DNA from: a virus
Lineage: Duplodnaviria; Caudoviricetes
Direction: 5' to 3' (one strand)
DNA: 57,016 nt
Virus record (IMG/VR): IMGVR_UViG_3300033076_000232
Location: 1 to 57,016 of that record
Part shown: in pieces, positions 56,073 through 57,016 of the stretch
Position numbering within the stretch: position 1 is the first letter of the stretch
How the letters are laid out: every line of letters begins with the position of its first letter
Notes under the pieces: generated by a model
Database searches by the model: none
Seen by the model: only the letters and a program-made list of their open reading frames with translations
Told to the model about the DNA's origin: nothing
Program-made: the position numbers and the translations under genes

Positions 56073-57016
56073 TAGAAGGTTCCTCCGAAGATGCCAGTAG
56101 TGGCAGTCACAGTCGTAAATTTACCAGTTGATGCAGTCGTTGCGCCAATCGACGCTCCATCAATTGTCCCACCAGTGATGGCCACAGCACCAGCGTTTTG
56201 TGTTGACATTGTCCCCAATCCAGTGATAGCTGTGTTGGGGATCGTGGTCGATGCTGATACAGCGCTTGTGCCGTTGCCAAACAGATAACCTGACAATGTC
56301 GTAGCGCCTGTACCACCGTTGGCTACTGGAAGAGCTGTGCCTGAGTACGTAACAGCCAATGTGCCACTGGTTGTGATTGGGTTACCACTTACGGACAAGA
56401 ACGATGGAACAGTCATGTCCACGCTTGTCACAGTACCGCCAGCGGAAGGCGTAGCTGAGATCGTGATGCCGCCAGCCGTATTGGCGATGCTGACGTTCGT
56501 TCCTGCGGTCAAGTTAGCCAAGGTATAGCCAGAGCCGTTACCGATAGCCAACTGGCCATTGCTTGGCGTAGCTGTCAGACCTGTACCGCCATAACCGATA
56601 CCAATTGTTGAGCCATTCCATGTACCAGCGGTCAGCGTACCAACACCAGTAATGCCAGTATAAGAACCGCTTAAACGACCTGTAGGAAGTGTTCCAGATG
56701 TAATGTTGGATGCGTCAGTAGTATCGGTTGTTGCAGAAGCCGCCAATCCAGATACGGCGCCAGCAGAGATGGCAATCAATGTGTTGGTGACCGATGTCAA
56801 CTGACCCTGAGCATTTACAGCCAAAACTGGAACCTGTGAGGCAGAGCCATAGGTTGCCGCAGTCACGCCAGTGTTGGCGATGTTGAATGTATAGGATGGC
56901 GACTCATTCAGACCAGTGCCAGCGGTATAGGTCAAAGGTGCGCCAAACTGCACCCAAACAATAGCTGTGGTGCCAACAGTAATTGGCAATGCTGTCTGCT
57001 GAACCCAAGAAGTATT
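56059..57016. repeat. Terminal direct repeat, copy 2
   Basis: Diverged copy of 1-958. Confidence 0.95.
56072..57016 (-). CDS. 3' part of the tail-fibre gene (variant allele of 14-2431, truncated by the window edge)
   Basis: Same protein as the C-terminal ~305 aa of 14..2431 with 10 amino-acid differences. Confidence 0.85.
   Translation of the reverse strand, partial: NTSWVQQTALPITVGTTAIVWVQFGAPLTYTAGTGLNESPSYTFNIANTGVTAATYGSASQVPVLAVNAQGQLTSVTNTLIAISAGAVSGLAASATTDTTDASNITSGTLPTGRLSGSYTGITGVGTLTAGTWNGSTIGIGYGGTGLTATPSNGQLAIGNGSGYTLANLTAGTNVSIANTAGGITISATPSAGGTVTSVDMTVPSFLSVSGNPITTSGTLAVTYSGTALPVANGGTGATTLSGYLFGNGTSAVSASTTIPNTAITGLGTMSTQNAGAVAITGGTIDGASIGATTASTGKFTTVTATTGIFGGTF

Noticed and set aside
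56059-57016. Diversity-generating retroelement (template/variable repeat pair with 1-958)
   Set aside because: No reverse transcriptase is present; differences are mostly synonymous third-position changes and are not adenine-specific

Overview
The window is an essentially complete, circularly assembled ~56 kb tailed dsDNA phage genome. Bases 1-958 recur as a diverged copy at 56059-57016, so the unit length is about 56,058 bp. It looks like a lytic podovirus-type phage: I see no integrase, RNA polymerase, tRNA or CRISPR array. A Betaproteobacterial host is inferred from the recurrent TTGAAAGG ribosome-binding site. The minus strand carries the virion genes: TerS/TerL, a 1764-aa multidomain protein, portal, GroES, scaffold, major capsid, head-tail proteins, ejection-type proteins, lysis genes and several tail-fibre proteins. 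A primase-helicase and a GTTAC-iteron origin candidate sit next to the terminase. The plus strand (21.9-36.7 kb) carries early and replication genes: DUF932, a pyrimidine-dimer glycosylase-like protein, a MazG-like protein, an SSB-like protein, family A polymerase, Cas4-like and VRR-NUC nucleases, and an SNF2 helicase. The most striking element is a compact putative cytosine-hypermodification module at 32.6-35.2 kb: a GT-B glycosyltransferase, a dNMP kinase fused to a degenerate UDG-like domain, and a T4 gp42-like dCMP-specific thymidylate-synthase homologue. All family assignments are from motif recognition by eye; no database searches were run.
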